Shown one piece after another: positions 7,435 through 18,700 of a stretch of DNA of 60,542 nt. Under the pieces are notes generated by a model. The model was given only the letters and a program-made list of their open reading frames with translations. It made no database searches and was not told the DNA's origin. This stretch comes from Clostridia bacterium (lineage in GTDB: Bacteria; Bacillota; Clostridia; Monoglobales; Monoglobaceae). Positions within the stretch are counted from its first letter, which is position 1. Each line of letters starts with the position of its first letter. The translations under genes and the position numbers were made by a program. The stretch is taken from NCBI GenBank assembly GCA_045576435.1, contig JAZNGL010000032.1, positions 1-60,542 of the forward strand, given 5' to 3'.

Positions 7435-10182
7435 ATGAAGAGAATTGGTATTTTATTATTAGCTTTGGTAATGTTACTTCAAACAGCACCAATAATCAGC
7501 TTTGCCGAAGAAAGTGAAGTTGTTGAAAATGCCGAACTTATGGCTTTTAAAGAAAACTTAGAAGTTTTAGGCTTGTTTAATTATTGGTCAGCAGAGGATG
7601 ACATTTTCAATGAAAATGAAACTGTTAAACGTTTTGAAGTAGCAGAAATTCTAGTGAAATTCCTTGGCTATGAAACAATGTCAGGCGGAAATAACGGAGT
7701 TTTCTTTGATGTTCCGGATTACTATGAGCATTCAGGTGCAATCAGTATTGTTTCAAGCATGGGCGTTATGACAGGCGTTGGTGATGGTTTGTTTGGAAGA
7801 GATGGTGAAATTTCAAAGAATGATTTCATCAAATGTGTAATTCATGCTTTAGGTTATGGCTGGCAGGCAAACATTGAGGGGGGATATCCGGCAGGATATA
7901 CAACAGTTGCTGCAAGACTTAACATTGCTAAAGGCACAACAGGAGATGCATCTGCACCTTTAACACGCGGTGATTTAATTAGAATTCTTTATAATTCACT
8001 TGAAATCCCGGTTTATGAAATAATAAGTGTTACAGGCGAATCTGTTCAGCTTTCAACAGAAAATCAAGAAAATGTTTTGTCATATTTCCACAAAATATAT
8101 AGCGACAAAGAGGTTGTTAACTCAGATAAGAGCATTTCTTTAAAGGAAGGTTTTGATCCGGATGAAAAAGAAATTCTCATCGGTAACAGAAAGGTTCTTG
8201 TTAACGGAGTATTAGATATTTACAATTATCTTGGTTATTCGGTTAAATATTACTATCATTATAATGCAGCAACAGAGAAAAACGAACTTCTTTTGTTTGA
8301 ACCTGTTGCGAAAAACAACGTTATTGAATTGGGTTGGCGTGATATAAAATATGCAAACACAAGTAAGGTTGTTATCGAAAAGGAAAATGGTAAAGAAGAT
8401 GATTTTACATTAAATAGTAAAACAAAGTTTGTTTATAATGGTGAAATTGTTAAAACAAATATAAACAGCTATCTTTCAGCTTTCTCATTTGGATTAAAAT
8501 TAATTGACGCAAACAGTGATAATAAATTTGACGTTGTTTTCATATATGATTATGAATACGATGAGATTACAGCAAACGGTATTGAGAGAAATAAAACTCT
8601 CTATTGTAAAAACAACAGCTATGATTTTTCAGCTGCCGAAGTAATCAATGTTTTTGATGAGGCGGGCAATGTTCTTAAAACTGAAGAACTTGTAGCGGGC
8701 GACGTTATTGAATTTTCAAAGAGTGCATCAGGTGAAGTTATCAACATCACAGTGCTCGATAACGCTATTTCACCTGGAATGTTTGCAACAGGCGAAAATT
8801 CAATCAAGCTTGCAGAGGGCGAGGAATATTATTTCTCAAAGAATTTATCTGCCGCACAACAGCAAGAAATTTTTGCTTTCAAAAGCGGTATTTTAGTTCT
8901 TAATCGTGCAAATGAAATAGTTTGGGTTATAAAAGCTCAAACAGGCGGATTAACCCTTGGTTATCTTATGAAAGTTGCAGGTCCTGACCCTGCAAAACCG
9001 TTTGAAACAGACACACGTTTGAAAATCTTAACAACCAGTGGCACAATCAATATTTTTGATTGTCGCGAAAATGTTATGGTTGATGAAGTGAAAATTAAGG
9101 AAGAAAATCTTCCTGCAAAGCTTGCAGAAATAAAGGAGAGTTTAGGTCTTTATTCAGACGGTGTTTACACACAGCTAATATCATATGAGCTTAACGATGA
9201 AGGACTTATTTCATCAATATTAACGGCAAAATCCGATAAACTTACACTTAACTATAACTGTTCACCAACTGAAACACTTCGTTATCGCAGATACGGAAGA
9301 TATGCAGGAACCTTAGGCGGCATGCTCCCATTGCTCAGAGCCAATCCAATGTTCCGTGTTCCGAGAGAAGGTCAAGATACAGCAGAAGACAAACAATTCA
9401 CAGTTGGAACTTCTTATGAACTTAAAGTGGGTGGAAAGTTCAGTATTGAGCATTACACTGCAGGTCCTGATGCTATTGACCCATGTGCAACAGTTCTTTA
9501 TCAGACTGCATCCACTTCAGCAGATAAATTAGTTTTAGTTGAAGAAGTGTTTGAAAAGCTTGGCGACGGAATAACAGTAACGGCATTAGCAGGTTATGAT
9601 ACTAACGGCAAGGGAGAGTGGACAATTGAGTCAGATGCATTAGTTAAGATTTCTACAGGTTGGGAAAATGAAGGAACATCAACTGCAACCCAAACATTCA
9701 CTGAGGTTAGCATTAAGGATGTTGAAATTAACCCAGGCGATATTTATTTAGTTCTTGATGATGGATTCGGAACAGTTTCTTACCTTGACAAGGTTTATGA
9801 CTATGAAACAAGAACAATTGTTGGAGCCCATAGGGTAGACTATGATGCACCATATAAAAACTTAATGGCTGCGCGTGAAGCAGACCAGTATATAGAGTTA
9901 AATGTTTATGATGCACCAAGTGGCTCACAATTCATGAAAACTTATATCAACTGGGACTTGAAGGCAAATGGTGTGCCTGATATGAAATATCTGCATACAT
10001 TCTCATTTGCACAATTTGAGGAAAGCGGAACAGGTATTTTGAACTTTGACACAAAGAACGAAAAAGCCGGCGTTGGCAAACCACCAATAGTTGACTTTAA
10101 GCACGATCCTGATAATTACGCCAGATTAGTTCTCTTCACATGGGACACTTATCTTTCAGCTCCAGTAGTTGTATATTATTAA
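7435..10182 (+). CDS. secreted protein with N-terminal degenerate SLH repeats and about 700 aa of unassigned beta-rich sequence
   Basis: Signal peptide ending ISFA-EE. SLH-like segments FEVAEILVKFLGY, FFDVPDYYEHSGAISIVSSMGVMTGVGDGLFGRDGEISKNDFIKCVIHAL and LTRGDLIRILYNSL. Starts 3 nt after the previous stop. Confidence 0.7.
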   Translation: MKRIGILLLALVMLLQTAPIISFAEESEVVENAELMAFKENLEVLGLFNYWSAEDDIFNENETVKRFEVAEILVKFLGYETMSGGNNGVFFDVPDYYEHSGAISIVSSMGVMTGVGDGLFGRDGEISKNDFIKCVIHALGYGWQANIEGGYPAGYTTVAARLNIAKGTTGDASAPLTRGDLIRILYNSLEIPVYEIISVTGESVQLSTENQENVLSYFHKIYSDKEVVNSDKSISLKEGFDPDEKEILIGNRKVLVNGVLDIYNYLGYSVKYYYHYNAATEKNELLLFEPVAKNNVIELGWRDIKYANTSKVVIEKENGKEDDFTLNSKTKFVYNGEIVKTNINSYLSAFSFGLKLIDANSDNKFDVVFIYDYEYDEITANGIERNKTLYCKNNSYDFSAAEVINVFDEAGNVLKTEELVAGDVIEFSKSASGEVINITVLDNAISPGMFATGENSIKLAEGEEYYFSKNLSAAQQQEIFAFKSGILVLNRANEIVWVIKAQTGGLTLGYLMKVAGPDPAKPFETDTRLKILTTSGTINIFDCRENVMVDEVKIKEENLPAKLAEIKESLGLYSDGVYTQLISYELNDEGLISSILTAKSDKLTLNYNCSPTETLRYRRYGRYAGTLGGMLPLLRANPMFRVPREGQDTAEDKQFTVGTSYELKVGGKFSIEHYTAGPDAIDPCATVLYQTASTSADKLVLVEEVFEKLGDGITVTALAGYDTNGKGEWTIESDALVKISTGWENEGTSTATQTFTEVSIKDVEINPGDIYLVLDDGFGTVSYLDKVYDYETRTIVGAHRVDYDAPYKNLMAAREADQYIELNVYDAPSGSQFMKTYINWDLKANGVPDMKYLHTFSFAQFEESGTGILNFDTKNEKAGVGKPPIVDFKHDPDNYARLVLFTWDTYLSAPVVVYY
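7612..8019 (+). other. degenerate SLH repeat region (approximate bounds)
   Basis: See the motifs listed for CDS 7435..10182. Confidence 0.5.
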
Positions 10183-10215
10183 ACCAATTTAAATATAAAA
10201 AGGAGAAATGAGAAA

Positions 10216-11760
10216 ATGTTTAAAAAAATTACATCAGCAATTATTTTAGTAGCAATGGTTTTATCTCTCACTGCGTGCAGTGGAAATAAAAAAGGTGGTT
10301 TTAGTGACGATTTTGACCTTAGTCAATTTGCAGAAAACGGAAAGTATGTTATATCTGAAGAACATGTTGAATTATCAATGTTCCATCCTGCTTCAAAGAT
10401 GGAAGACGGTCAGTTCCCACGTTTGAGAGAAATTGAAAAATACACAAACGTATATGCAAGACCATCAATTCCGAAGAGTAATTCAAACCACAGTCAGGCA
10501 CTTAACCTTATGATTGCATCAGGTGACATGTCAGATTTAATCCTTCACTATAACGACCTCCAGATTTCAAAACTTGGTTCTGAGGGCGCATTTGCAGCAC
10601 TTGACGAACATTTTGATATTATGCCTAACTTCAAAAAGTTCCTTGATGAAAACCCTGAAATTAAGAGAGACATTACATATAGCGATGGTCACATCTATTA
10701 TGCACCTGAGGTTGGAACCCAGGGAACAGACGTTAGTCAGGGTTGGATGATTCGTAAAGACTGGCTTGATAAATTAGGTCTTGAAGTTCCAACAAATGCT
10801 GATGAGTTCTATAATGTTCTTAAGGCGTTCAGAGAAAAAGACCCGAATGGAAATGGTCAAAAAGATGAAATTCCATATTTTGATAACGTGTCAGCACTGT
10901 TTGGATTGTGGGGAGCACAAGCTTCTTGGTATCTTGATGAAAGCGGAAAAATTCATTACGGACCTGCAGAGCCTGAATATAAGGTTGCTATTGAAAACCT
11001 CGCAAAATGGTATAAAGAAGGTCTTTTATCACCTGATATCATGTCAAAAAATAAAGAGAGAGACAGACTTTTGGCATCTAATGTAGGTGGCTGCACACAT
11101 AACTGGTTTGGAAGCACACTCACATTTAATGAAACTTTAAAGGACAGAATTCCTGGATTTAATTTAATCGCAATGCTTCCTCCAACAGAGGGCCGTATTG
11201 AATATGAGAGACGTCCTTTGTGTAGTCTTTCAGGATTTTGCATAAATGCAAGCTCAGAAAGACTTGAGGTTGCGCTCAAATATACTGACTTCTTGTTTAG
11301 CGAAAAAGGTTCAACGCTTATGTCATGGGGTGTTGAAGGCAAACATTTTGAAGTTCTTGAAGATGGAACAAGACAGTTCTTGCCTGAAATAACAGCAGAC
11401 CCTGATTTTTTTTCAAAAATGAATGCAGAGGTGCCGGGTGGTGCTCCAATAGTGTCTCCTTATGACTTTGAAAGAACTTGGGCAGGTGAATCAACAGCCA
11501 AGGCTTGGGATTTATATGATGCTGCTAAATATTTGCCACGTATGCCAAATGTTAGAATGTTCCTCACTGGTGAAGAAGTTGATTTTTACGGCAAGAAGTC
11601 AACAGAAGTTACAACTTATGTTAATGAGTTAACAAACAAATGGATTTTAGGTGCAGAAGATATAGCTTCAACCTATGATAAATATTTGGAACAGCTTGAA
11701 AAATATGAATTAACTAAACTATTAGAAGTGCAACAAAAAGCTTTTGATAAGAGAAAATAA
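10216..11760 (+). CDS. lipoprotein, family-1 extracellular solute-binding protein (large LplA-like oligosaccharide SBP type)
   Basis: Lipobox LSLTAC-SGNKK. About 500 aa. The W/Y-rich composition resembles sugar ABC binding proteins. AGGAGA SD. Confidence 0.8.
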   Translation: MFKKITSAIILVAMVLSLTACSGNKKGGFSDDFDLSQFAENGKYVISEEHVELSMFHPASKMEDGQFPRLREIEKYTNVYARPSIPKSNSNHSQALNLMIASGDMSDLILHYNDLQISKLGSEGAFAALDEHFDIMPNFKKFLDENPEIKRDITYSDGHIYYAPEVGTQGTDVSQGWMIRKDWLDKLGLEVPTNADEFYNVLKAFREKDPNGNGQKDEIPYFDNVSALFGLWGAQASWYLDESGKIHYGPAEPEYKVAIENLAKWYKEGLLSPDIMSKNKERDRLLASNVGGCTHNWFGSTLTFNETLKDRIPGFNLIAMLPPTEGRIEYERRPLCSLSGFCINASSERLEVALKYTDFLFSEKGSTLMSWGVEGKHFEVLEDGTRQFLPEITADPDFFSKMNAEVPGGAPIVSPYDFERTWAGESTAKAWDLYDAAKYLPRMPNVRMFLTGEEVDFYGKKSTEVTTYVNELTNKWILGAEDIASTYDKYLEQLEKYELTKLLEVQQKAFDKRK

Positions 11761-11772
11761 GGGAGAAAAAAT

Positions 11773-14700
11773 ATGAAAAAACATATTGCAAAAATATTAC
11801 TGTTTGTGCTTATGTTTAATCTGGTTCCTTTCAGCGAAGGCGCGCTCAGCGCCTTCGCAAGTGAGGAATTGCCCGACATAATATACATATCAGATGACTA
11901 TGAAGACCAGGTAACAGGCAAATTTGCAAGCGGATTTTATCAATATGTGCCTAAAATTTTTGTTGAAAAGGCACCTCGTGAAGGTGAACCCGACAATCAG
12001 GCAATATTGTTTAAAAATCCGGAGGGAGCAACTTCTCCTCTTTCTGAAACATTGCCTGTTGCTTATGCTCCGATTTGGGAAGATTTTGTTTTTGAATTTA
12101 AATATATGGTTGGAACAAACACGACGACGGCTAGGGTGAAGATGGGACGTAACAATGTTGACCGTCATCAAGGATACAATCATATGGAAGTTACTAATGC
12201 AATTGAAATTTTAGAAATCGGCGGAAGCTTGAAGGTGAACGGAAAAACAATCACCAAAAACGAAGTTGGCAAATGGTATAAGCTCACCTTGAAGGTTAAT
12301 GCAAAGTCGAAAAATGCAGAAGTTTATGTTGACGGCGAATCCAAAGGTTCAGTTTCGTTGCCGTCGTTTGAAAACGTATCGGGATTTATATTTGAAGCTC
12401 CTCGTGTTGGTAATGATGCGGATCATTGGTTTGTGGATGATATTAACATCTATCTTTCTGACCATGTTTTCACAGACGAAGAGCTTGCAGCAAAATTGGC
12501 GGAATTTGAAGAGAGCGGATTGGCTTTGCCGAAGAGACTCAGAACAGGTGCTTTTGGCAGAGAGAGATATTTTATTTTCGAAGCACTCCGTGACGAGTTC
12601 ATAATGTGCACCTATGGCAGACGTGCATATAGAGACAATAAATTTCATTCTTTCCCGGTAAATAACTATACTAATGATGATGGTTGTATTTATGTCCCGC
12701 TCAGAGCTTTTTCTGAGATGATGGGCGCAACAGTTGGATATGACGATGGAATAATCACAGTTGATTACAAAGGAAAAAATCTGAGATTTGTTGTTGGAAG
12801 TAATGTTTATCATGTTAACAACAGAGCATCTGAAATGATTTATCCTTTAGAAAATAAGAATGGTAGCACAACAATTAATCTTGATGTTTTAACCAATCTT
12901 TTTGGAGTTAAATATGAAATTATTGCAGACAACATAATTTCTTTCACAGGCGAAATCAAGTCGAAGCGTAGGCTTGCACCGGGATTAACCTCGCTTTCTC
13001 TTTTGGACGACAATATTATAAGAGATATCAGAATTGCTTTGGCGTTTGAGCAACCAAGTCCTGAAGAAGTTTTGGCGTTATATAGAGAAAGAAATCCTGA
13101 GGGTTCACACGAAAAGCTCTTAACGGCGTTTTATTCTTTTGATGATTTGCGTGCGATGTATGCAGACGGCAATGGCAGCGAGCCACTCTTTAACAAGGCC
13201 GTTAAAACCTTTATTGATTCCGCAGACAAAGAAATAGATAATCCAACAGGTTATGGTAAAGCTGATGCAGTTGCTTTTGCATGGCAAATGACAAAAGACC
13301 CTAAATATATTGAAACCATAAATAAAGAGGTTGACTTGCTTTATGACCAGATGTATGAATATTCAACGAAAAATTGGCACGACAAAAACTCAAACCCTCT
13401 TCAGTATGGCAACATTCAAAGATATATTGCAAGAGTTTATGACTGGGCATATGATGTTTTGACCGAGGAATCAATACAGAAGATAATGGATATAACCGAA
13501 AGATATACTTTCCCATATTATGAGCAATCCTTCTGTTCACAAAGAAGAGTTGGTAGCTTTGCAGGTATAACCAACCCCGAAGCTGCGAATAACGTATCAT
13601 GGATTGCAAAGGGCGGTGCAATTGAAACCTGTATTGCATTGATGGATTTATATCCAAAACGTGCATCTGAATTGCTTTCGGCCGTAATTGCAAAGTGTGG
13701 CTACGAAGCTAACACCTTCTATCCTTCAGGATATTGGGGCGAAGGTATGTCATATTGGAATATGACCATGCCATATTACGCAGAGCATCTCATGAGCATT
13801 GAAGGGGCATTTGGAACAACCTTTGGCTTAACAGACGTAGGTCTTTTAAAGACCTCGAACTATGGTTTTTCACTTCAAGGAACAACAGGTTCTGCATATA
13901 TCTTTGGTGATGGTAATGCACAAAGTCCATATGCTACCTGGCTTATGTATGAAGCGAAAAAGTCCGGCAACGAGGCCCTTGCTCAGACTCGTCGAGAAAA
14001 CTTTGGAGGCCCAAACTGGGCAGATATATTTGCTTGGTGTCCACCTAAAAAAGATAGCAAAGTGGCAGAACGTGAGACCGATAGCTTTATTGACGGCGGG
14101 GGAAGAGAAGTTCTCCTGAGGTCAGGCTGGGGCACAGGTGATGCGTGCGTTGCAATACACGGAGGTTCAGTGACGGGCGACGGTCACGGACATGAAGACG
14201 TTGGTGATATTCAGTTCGATATGCTTGGATATCGTTGGGGAACTGCAATTGCGAAAGAAAGCTATAATCTTCGAGGCTATGGTTTTTATGGAACACGTGA
14301 TGGATTCCCGCCAACAGGTTACAATGGAAGAGACTATTATCGTGACAACGCTGAAGGCCACAATGTTGTTATTGCCAACATGGGAGCATCGAGAAACTTG
14401 ATGCCTTCTGTTGGAGTAGGACAGAGTGAATTTTTCAACATGCAGTTTGGCAAAACAATGTCGTTTGCTATGCTTGATGTTACCAATACAAATGTGATTT
14501 ATGAAAAAGGAATACGCGGAATTAAGCTTGACAAAATTCAGAACGAGATAACAATCCGTGACGAATTTAAAGCAAAAGAAGAGACGGATTTCTGGTGGTT
14601 CATGCACACCGAGGCAGAAGTTGAAGTTTTAGAGGACGGAAAGTCTGCAATTCTTTCAACTAATAACGGTGCAAAGAGAATCTGGGCAGGCCTTTTAACG

Positions 14701-15738
14701 GAGGGTGACGAAAAGTTCCAAGTAATGGAAGCGAAAGCAATGCCTGGCTTTAAAACCCATCAGGACTATAAAGGTGAAGAAACGAAACCAAAAGACAAAG
14801 AGTATATGAAGCGTCCTGATGTGACAGAGGATATTATCATCAGACCGCCACTTGAAACACCGAACGACGGAACACAAGACTCGAAGATTACAATCGGAAA
14901 CGTTGGAACACAGAAGAAACCAATTAGAAAGCTTGCAGTTCATGCAACTAACACAGACCGCTTTGAAATCAGCGTTGTGTTCAAGCCTCTCGTAGGTGAT
15001 AGCACAACACCTTTGATAATGCCAACCGCTTCGGCACTTAAGGATTGGAAGATTAACAATAGTGTTAAGGTGGGAGCATTAAGCGGAGTTACTGTTGATG
15101 GTGAACCGCTTAAGGGTTTCGATCCAACAGTAAAGAATTATGGATTGCTAACAGTCACAGAGAAAAGTCCTGTTCCAAAGGTTGAGGTTACTGCAGATTC
15201 TAAATATGATGTTGAGGTTATTGAAGCGAAATCAGTTCCGAGTGTAACAAACGTGGTGCTTCGTGAAAAGGGAGAAGTTTCAGCAATCTATAACTTCACA
15301 ATCAATCCAATTAACAATACAGAGGTGTTCCATAGCGACCGACAAATTCCAATCGTTGCATATACTTTTGATGCGGAATATGATGAGAGCACCGGTCCAG
15401 AAGCTATGTTTGATGGTGACATTGCAACAAACCTTGCAACAAATACGGTTGGTGGTTCAATGACCATGGATCTTGGCGAGGTTAAAAAGGTTAGCGAGTT
15501 TATGGCATCATATCTGAATGGACTTACTCGTAAAGAACACATAGCCTATGAGGTTTCTGTTGATGGTGAGAATTTCACCAGAGTGTTTGATGATTGGAAC
15601 AGCGGAACAACCAACGAACTTGAAACATTCAGTCTTGGCGGGGTTCATGATGCAAGATATGTTAGAATTGTGTTCTATGGAAACAGTAAATCATTATGGA
15701 CATCTATCTCGGAATTTGTATTACTTGAGCATAAGTAG
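11773..15738 (+). CDS. secreted multidomain heparinase II/III-like (polysaccharide-lyase-like) protein, copy 1
   Basis: Signal peptide. LamG-like N-domain. Cu-amine-oxidase-N-like stalk domain (YVPLRAFSEMMGATVGYDDGIITVDYKGKNL). Alpha/alpha region followed by the heparinase II/III motif GHGHEDVGDIQFDMLGYRW...AEGHNVV. Cadherin-like beta-sandwich (LSGVTVDGEPLKGFDPTVKNY). C-terminal F5/8 type C domain (MFDGD..T...ARYVRIVFYGNSKSLWTSISEF). Confidence 0.75.
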   Translation: MKKHIAKILLFVLMFNLVPFSEGALSAFASEELPDIIYISDDYEDQVTGKFASGFYQYVPKIFVEKAPREGEPDNQAILFKNPEGATSPLSETLPVAYAPIWEDFVFEFKYMVGTNTTTARVKMGRNNVDRHQGYNHMEVTNAIEILEIGGSLKVNGKTITKNEVGKWYKLTLKVNAKSKNAEVYVDGESKGSVSLPSFENVSGFIFEAPRVGNDADHWFVDDINIYLSDHVFTDEELAAKLAEFEESGLALPKRLRTGAFGRERYFIFEALRDEFIMCTYGRRAYRDNKFHSFPVNNYTNDDGCIYVPLRAFSEMMGATVGYDDGIITVDYKGKNLRFVVGSNVYHVNNRASEMIYPLENKNGSTTINLDVLTNLFGVKYEIIADNIISFTGEIKSKRRLAPGLTSLSLLDDNIIRDIRIALAFEQPSPEEVLALYRERNPEGSHEKLLTAFYSFDDLRAMYADGNGSEPLFNKAVKTFIDSADKEIDNPTGYGKADAVAFAWQMTKDPKYIETINKEVDLLYDQMYEYSTKNWHDKNSNPLQYGNIQRYIARVYDWAYDVLTEESIQKIMDITERYTFPYYEQSFCSQRRVGSFAGITNPEAANNVSWIAKGGAIETCIALMDLYPKRASELLSAVIAKCGYEANTFYPSGYWGEGMSYWNMTMPYYAEHLMSIEGAFGTTFGLTDVGLLKTSNYGFSLQGTTGSAYIFGDGNAQSPYATWLMYEAKKSGNEALAQTRRENFGGPNWADIFAWCPPKKDSKVAERETDSFIDGGGREVLLRSGWGTGDACVAIHGGSVTGDGHGHEDVGDIQFDMLGYRWGTAIAKESYNLRGYGFYGTRDGFPPTGYNGRDYYRDNAEGHNVVIANMGASRNLMPSVGVGQSEFFNMQFGKTMSFAMLDVTNTNVIYEKGIRGIKLDKIQNEITIRDEFKAKEETDFWWFMHTEAEVEVLEDGKSAILSTNNGAKRIWAGLLTEGDEKFQVMEAKAMPGFKTHQDYKGEETKPKDKEYMKRPDVTEDIIIRPPLETPNDGTQDSKITIGNVGTQKKPIRKLAVHATNTDRFEISVVFKPLVGDSTTPLIMPTASALKDWKINNSVKVGALSGVTVDGEPLKGFDPTVKNYGLLTVTEKSPVPKVEVTADSKYDVEVIEAKSVPSVTNVVLREKGEVSAIYNFTINPINNTEVFHSDRQIPIVAYTFDAEYDESTGPEAMFDGDIATNLATNTVGGSMTMDLGEVKKVSEFMASYLNGLTRKEHIAYEVSVDGENFTRVFDDWNSGTTNELETFSLGGVHDARYVRIVFYGNSKSLWTSISEFVLLEHK

Positions 15739-15755
15739 AAGATAGGAGAAAAGTT

Positions 15756-18700
15756 ATGAAAAGATTTATTTCATTAGTATTAACTGCACTAATGGTCATT
15801 GGCTTAATGCCAATGACGATTAGTGTTAGTGCAGCAGATGCTCCAAGCTTTACTGTTGTAGGCATTGCTGAAGGTGAGCACTTTGTTGCAAACACAGGTA
15901 GCGACAGAAATGTTTTTGTTACAGCAGCAGCGGAAAGTGCTGCAATAACCAAGGTTGAGTTTTTGGTTAACAACACATTGTTGGGCGAGGATGCTGAAGC
16001 TCCGTTCGTCTTTGCGTTGCCCAAAAGCGCAACATATGTTAGCGAAACACAAACACAAAAATTGAAGGTTAGAGCATATTCAGATGAAACAACCTTCGCA
16101 GAGCAAGTAATTGAATATTATGCACATTTTGGTAAGGTTTTAGATTCAAAAATTGAAGGCTATGACACTGTGAATAGTTTTGACTATACAACTATCGCAG
16201 CTGGAGCACCAACATTAGGCTTTGCAAACCATCCTGTTACAAATAGCCGCGCAATTAAGGTCGCGGGTGTTAGTGGCGATAGCATTACATACTCGATGGC
16301 GGGCAGTCCAACCGTATCACAGGTTAATGAGGGTCTTGGTGTTACCTATTTTGAGTGGGATTTTTATCTTACCAATGACAAAGTTGAATCCACTTTCACA
16401 TTAAGAAAAAAATCTAGCAGTGGTGGCGCATCCCATATGGCGTGGCTCAACGGCAAGGGCGCAACAAAGGCTGGGAACACTGTCTCGGCAGGTGCTCATA
16501 AGTTTACTGCTTTTGTTGACCATGCAAACCAAAGATTTACTGCGTATATAGATGGCAATATTGACTATAACGGAACTTATGCGATTATAGATACATCTAA
16601 TAGCAAAAGAATAACCCACACAGTAAATAGTATGTTCAAGCCAAAAGCGAATGCTGAAATGTATATTGACAATTTCAAGGCGATTGCTTATCAGCTTGAA
16701 GATGCACCAATGACAACAGCAACACCTACGATTGCAGAGGGTGAAAAGATTTCACCTAACAAGAAGGCATATAAGGTTGAGTTTGATAACGATATCATTG
16801 AAACATCAGTAGCAGACGATGCACTCGTTTTAATGCTGGGTAGTGAGGTAATAGCAGGAACAACTGTTACAAAGGGAAGTAACTTTATTACCTTGAACAT
16901 TCCTCAAAACACACTTGAGTTTGGTGAGAAAGAATATACCGTTAAGCTCAAGGATGGTGGAGTTGCTGATAAATATGGAAGATATCTTTCAGGTCAGGAC
17001 TTCAAATTTAAAACAGTTATGTCTCAGGCAGATTTAAGACCTGATGTAGAATTAACGATTTCGGACCCTGATGTTGGAGTAAATCGTTATTTGCCGGGAA
17101 CCCCAATAACTCTCACGGCAAGTGCAATCTTTGAAGATGGCGAAATAGAGAGCATTGAGTTTAAAAATGGTGACGAGCAAATCACATCAATACCTAGAGC
17201 AAGCCTCACACAAAGTGAAGGTACATATTCTTGTGAATATAATTGGAATGCTCCTGAGGCGGTTGATGCTGATGATATCTATAGTATCACAGCTGTTGCA
17301 ACCTATGATGTTGATGGCTTTGAAGTCCTTGGCACAAGTAACGTAAAGGAAATCTTAGTCTTAGACTATCAGGATCCAACAATTACAATTGACACACCTG
17401 CACAGGTTTATGCAACGATTGATAACCTCAAAGTAGGTTCGCTCAAAGTAACAGGAACAACAGATGATATTGATGGCACTGTTGAAACCGTTGAGGTTTA
17501 TTTAAATGATGGTGGAACTGACACTAAGATTGGAAATGCTGTTATTGCTGCTGATGGAACATATGAATATATCCATGAAGGTGTGCTTGAAGAGGGCGAC
17601 TATGGAGTTCGTGTGACCGCAATTGATGACACAGATCAATCTGCTAATGCATCATCAAGCTTTAATGTTAAAGTTGTTGAGGCCAAAGAAACAGCGTTTG
17701 TAAAGGATAACCTTAGCACAGAAACTGCTCTTGCTAATTGGTCACTTACAGGCGATGCAACAATTACTGCAGTAACAGGTGAAGGCTTAACTTTAACACA
17801 AAATGCAAGAGGGGATGCAAGCGTAACAAGAAATGTTGCAGACAACACTCTTGATGAAAAAGTTTGGGTTCTGAAGACGGGCGTTAAGTTTGGCGATGCA
17901 ACTCAGAGAAGAACACTTAGCATTGGAACACAGGAGTCTTTAACATTCACAGAATCAGGTAAGATTTTCTATGGTGCAGCAGATACAGGTATCGCATATG
18001 CTGCAGATGGAACTATCGAAATTGAGTATATTGCAAATCCGATTGGTGGTTTTGCGGCACTCGCAATCAATGGAACAACTGTTTTTGAGAATAAAAAATT
18101 AGCTGAAGATTTTAGCGAAGGTGTTCAGATTAAACTTGAACAAACAGGAAGAGTGGGCGCAGAGGTCAAGGCTGTTGTAACTGATTTTGCAATATTCGAT
18201 GTTCAGATTCCTCCAAACAAAATTGTTATCACAGGAATGAGAGACGGAGAGAGATATATTGCAAATGACGGCAACATCAGAAAAATCACAGTTACGGACA
18301 CAAAGGAAATTGCAACAAAATTTGAGTTCAAAATTGATGGTGAGCTTGTTCACACCGATTCAGACGGCTCAGATGGGTTTGCGTTTACTTTACCATCGGT
18401 AACTACCAGCAATGAAGAAAAAACCCTTAAGGTTATAGCTTATGCTGGTGATGTGCAAAGTGCTTTTGTTGAATATAAATTCACTATTTTTGCAGGTATT
18501 CCGGGAACACAAAATGCACAACAGACATTTGATAAAACACCATATACTATTAGTGGAAAAGATGTGCCAAACACTGTCACAAACAGTGGAGGTCTTCTTG
18601 ATGGTAATGCACTTAAAATATCAATGGCGGGGACCCAGGAAAATAGTTTTGCTCGTTATTTTGTCTTGAATGACGACGCAACTGAAGGTACTTTGATTTC

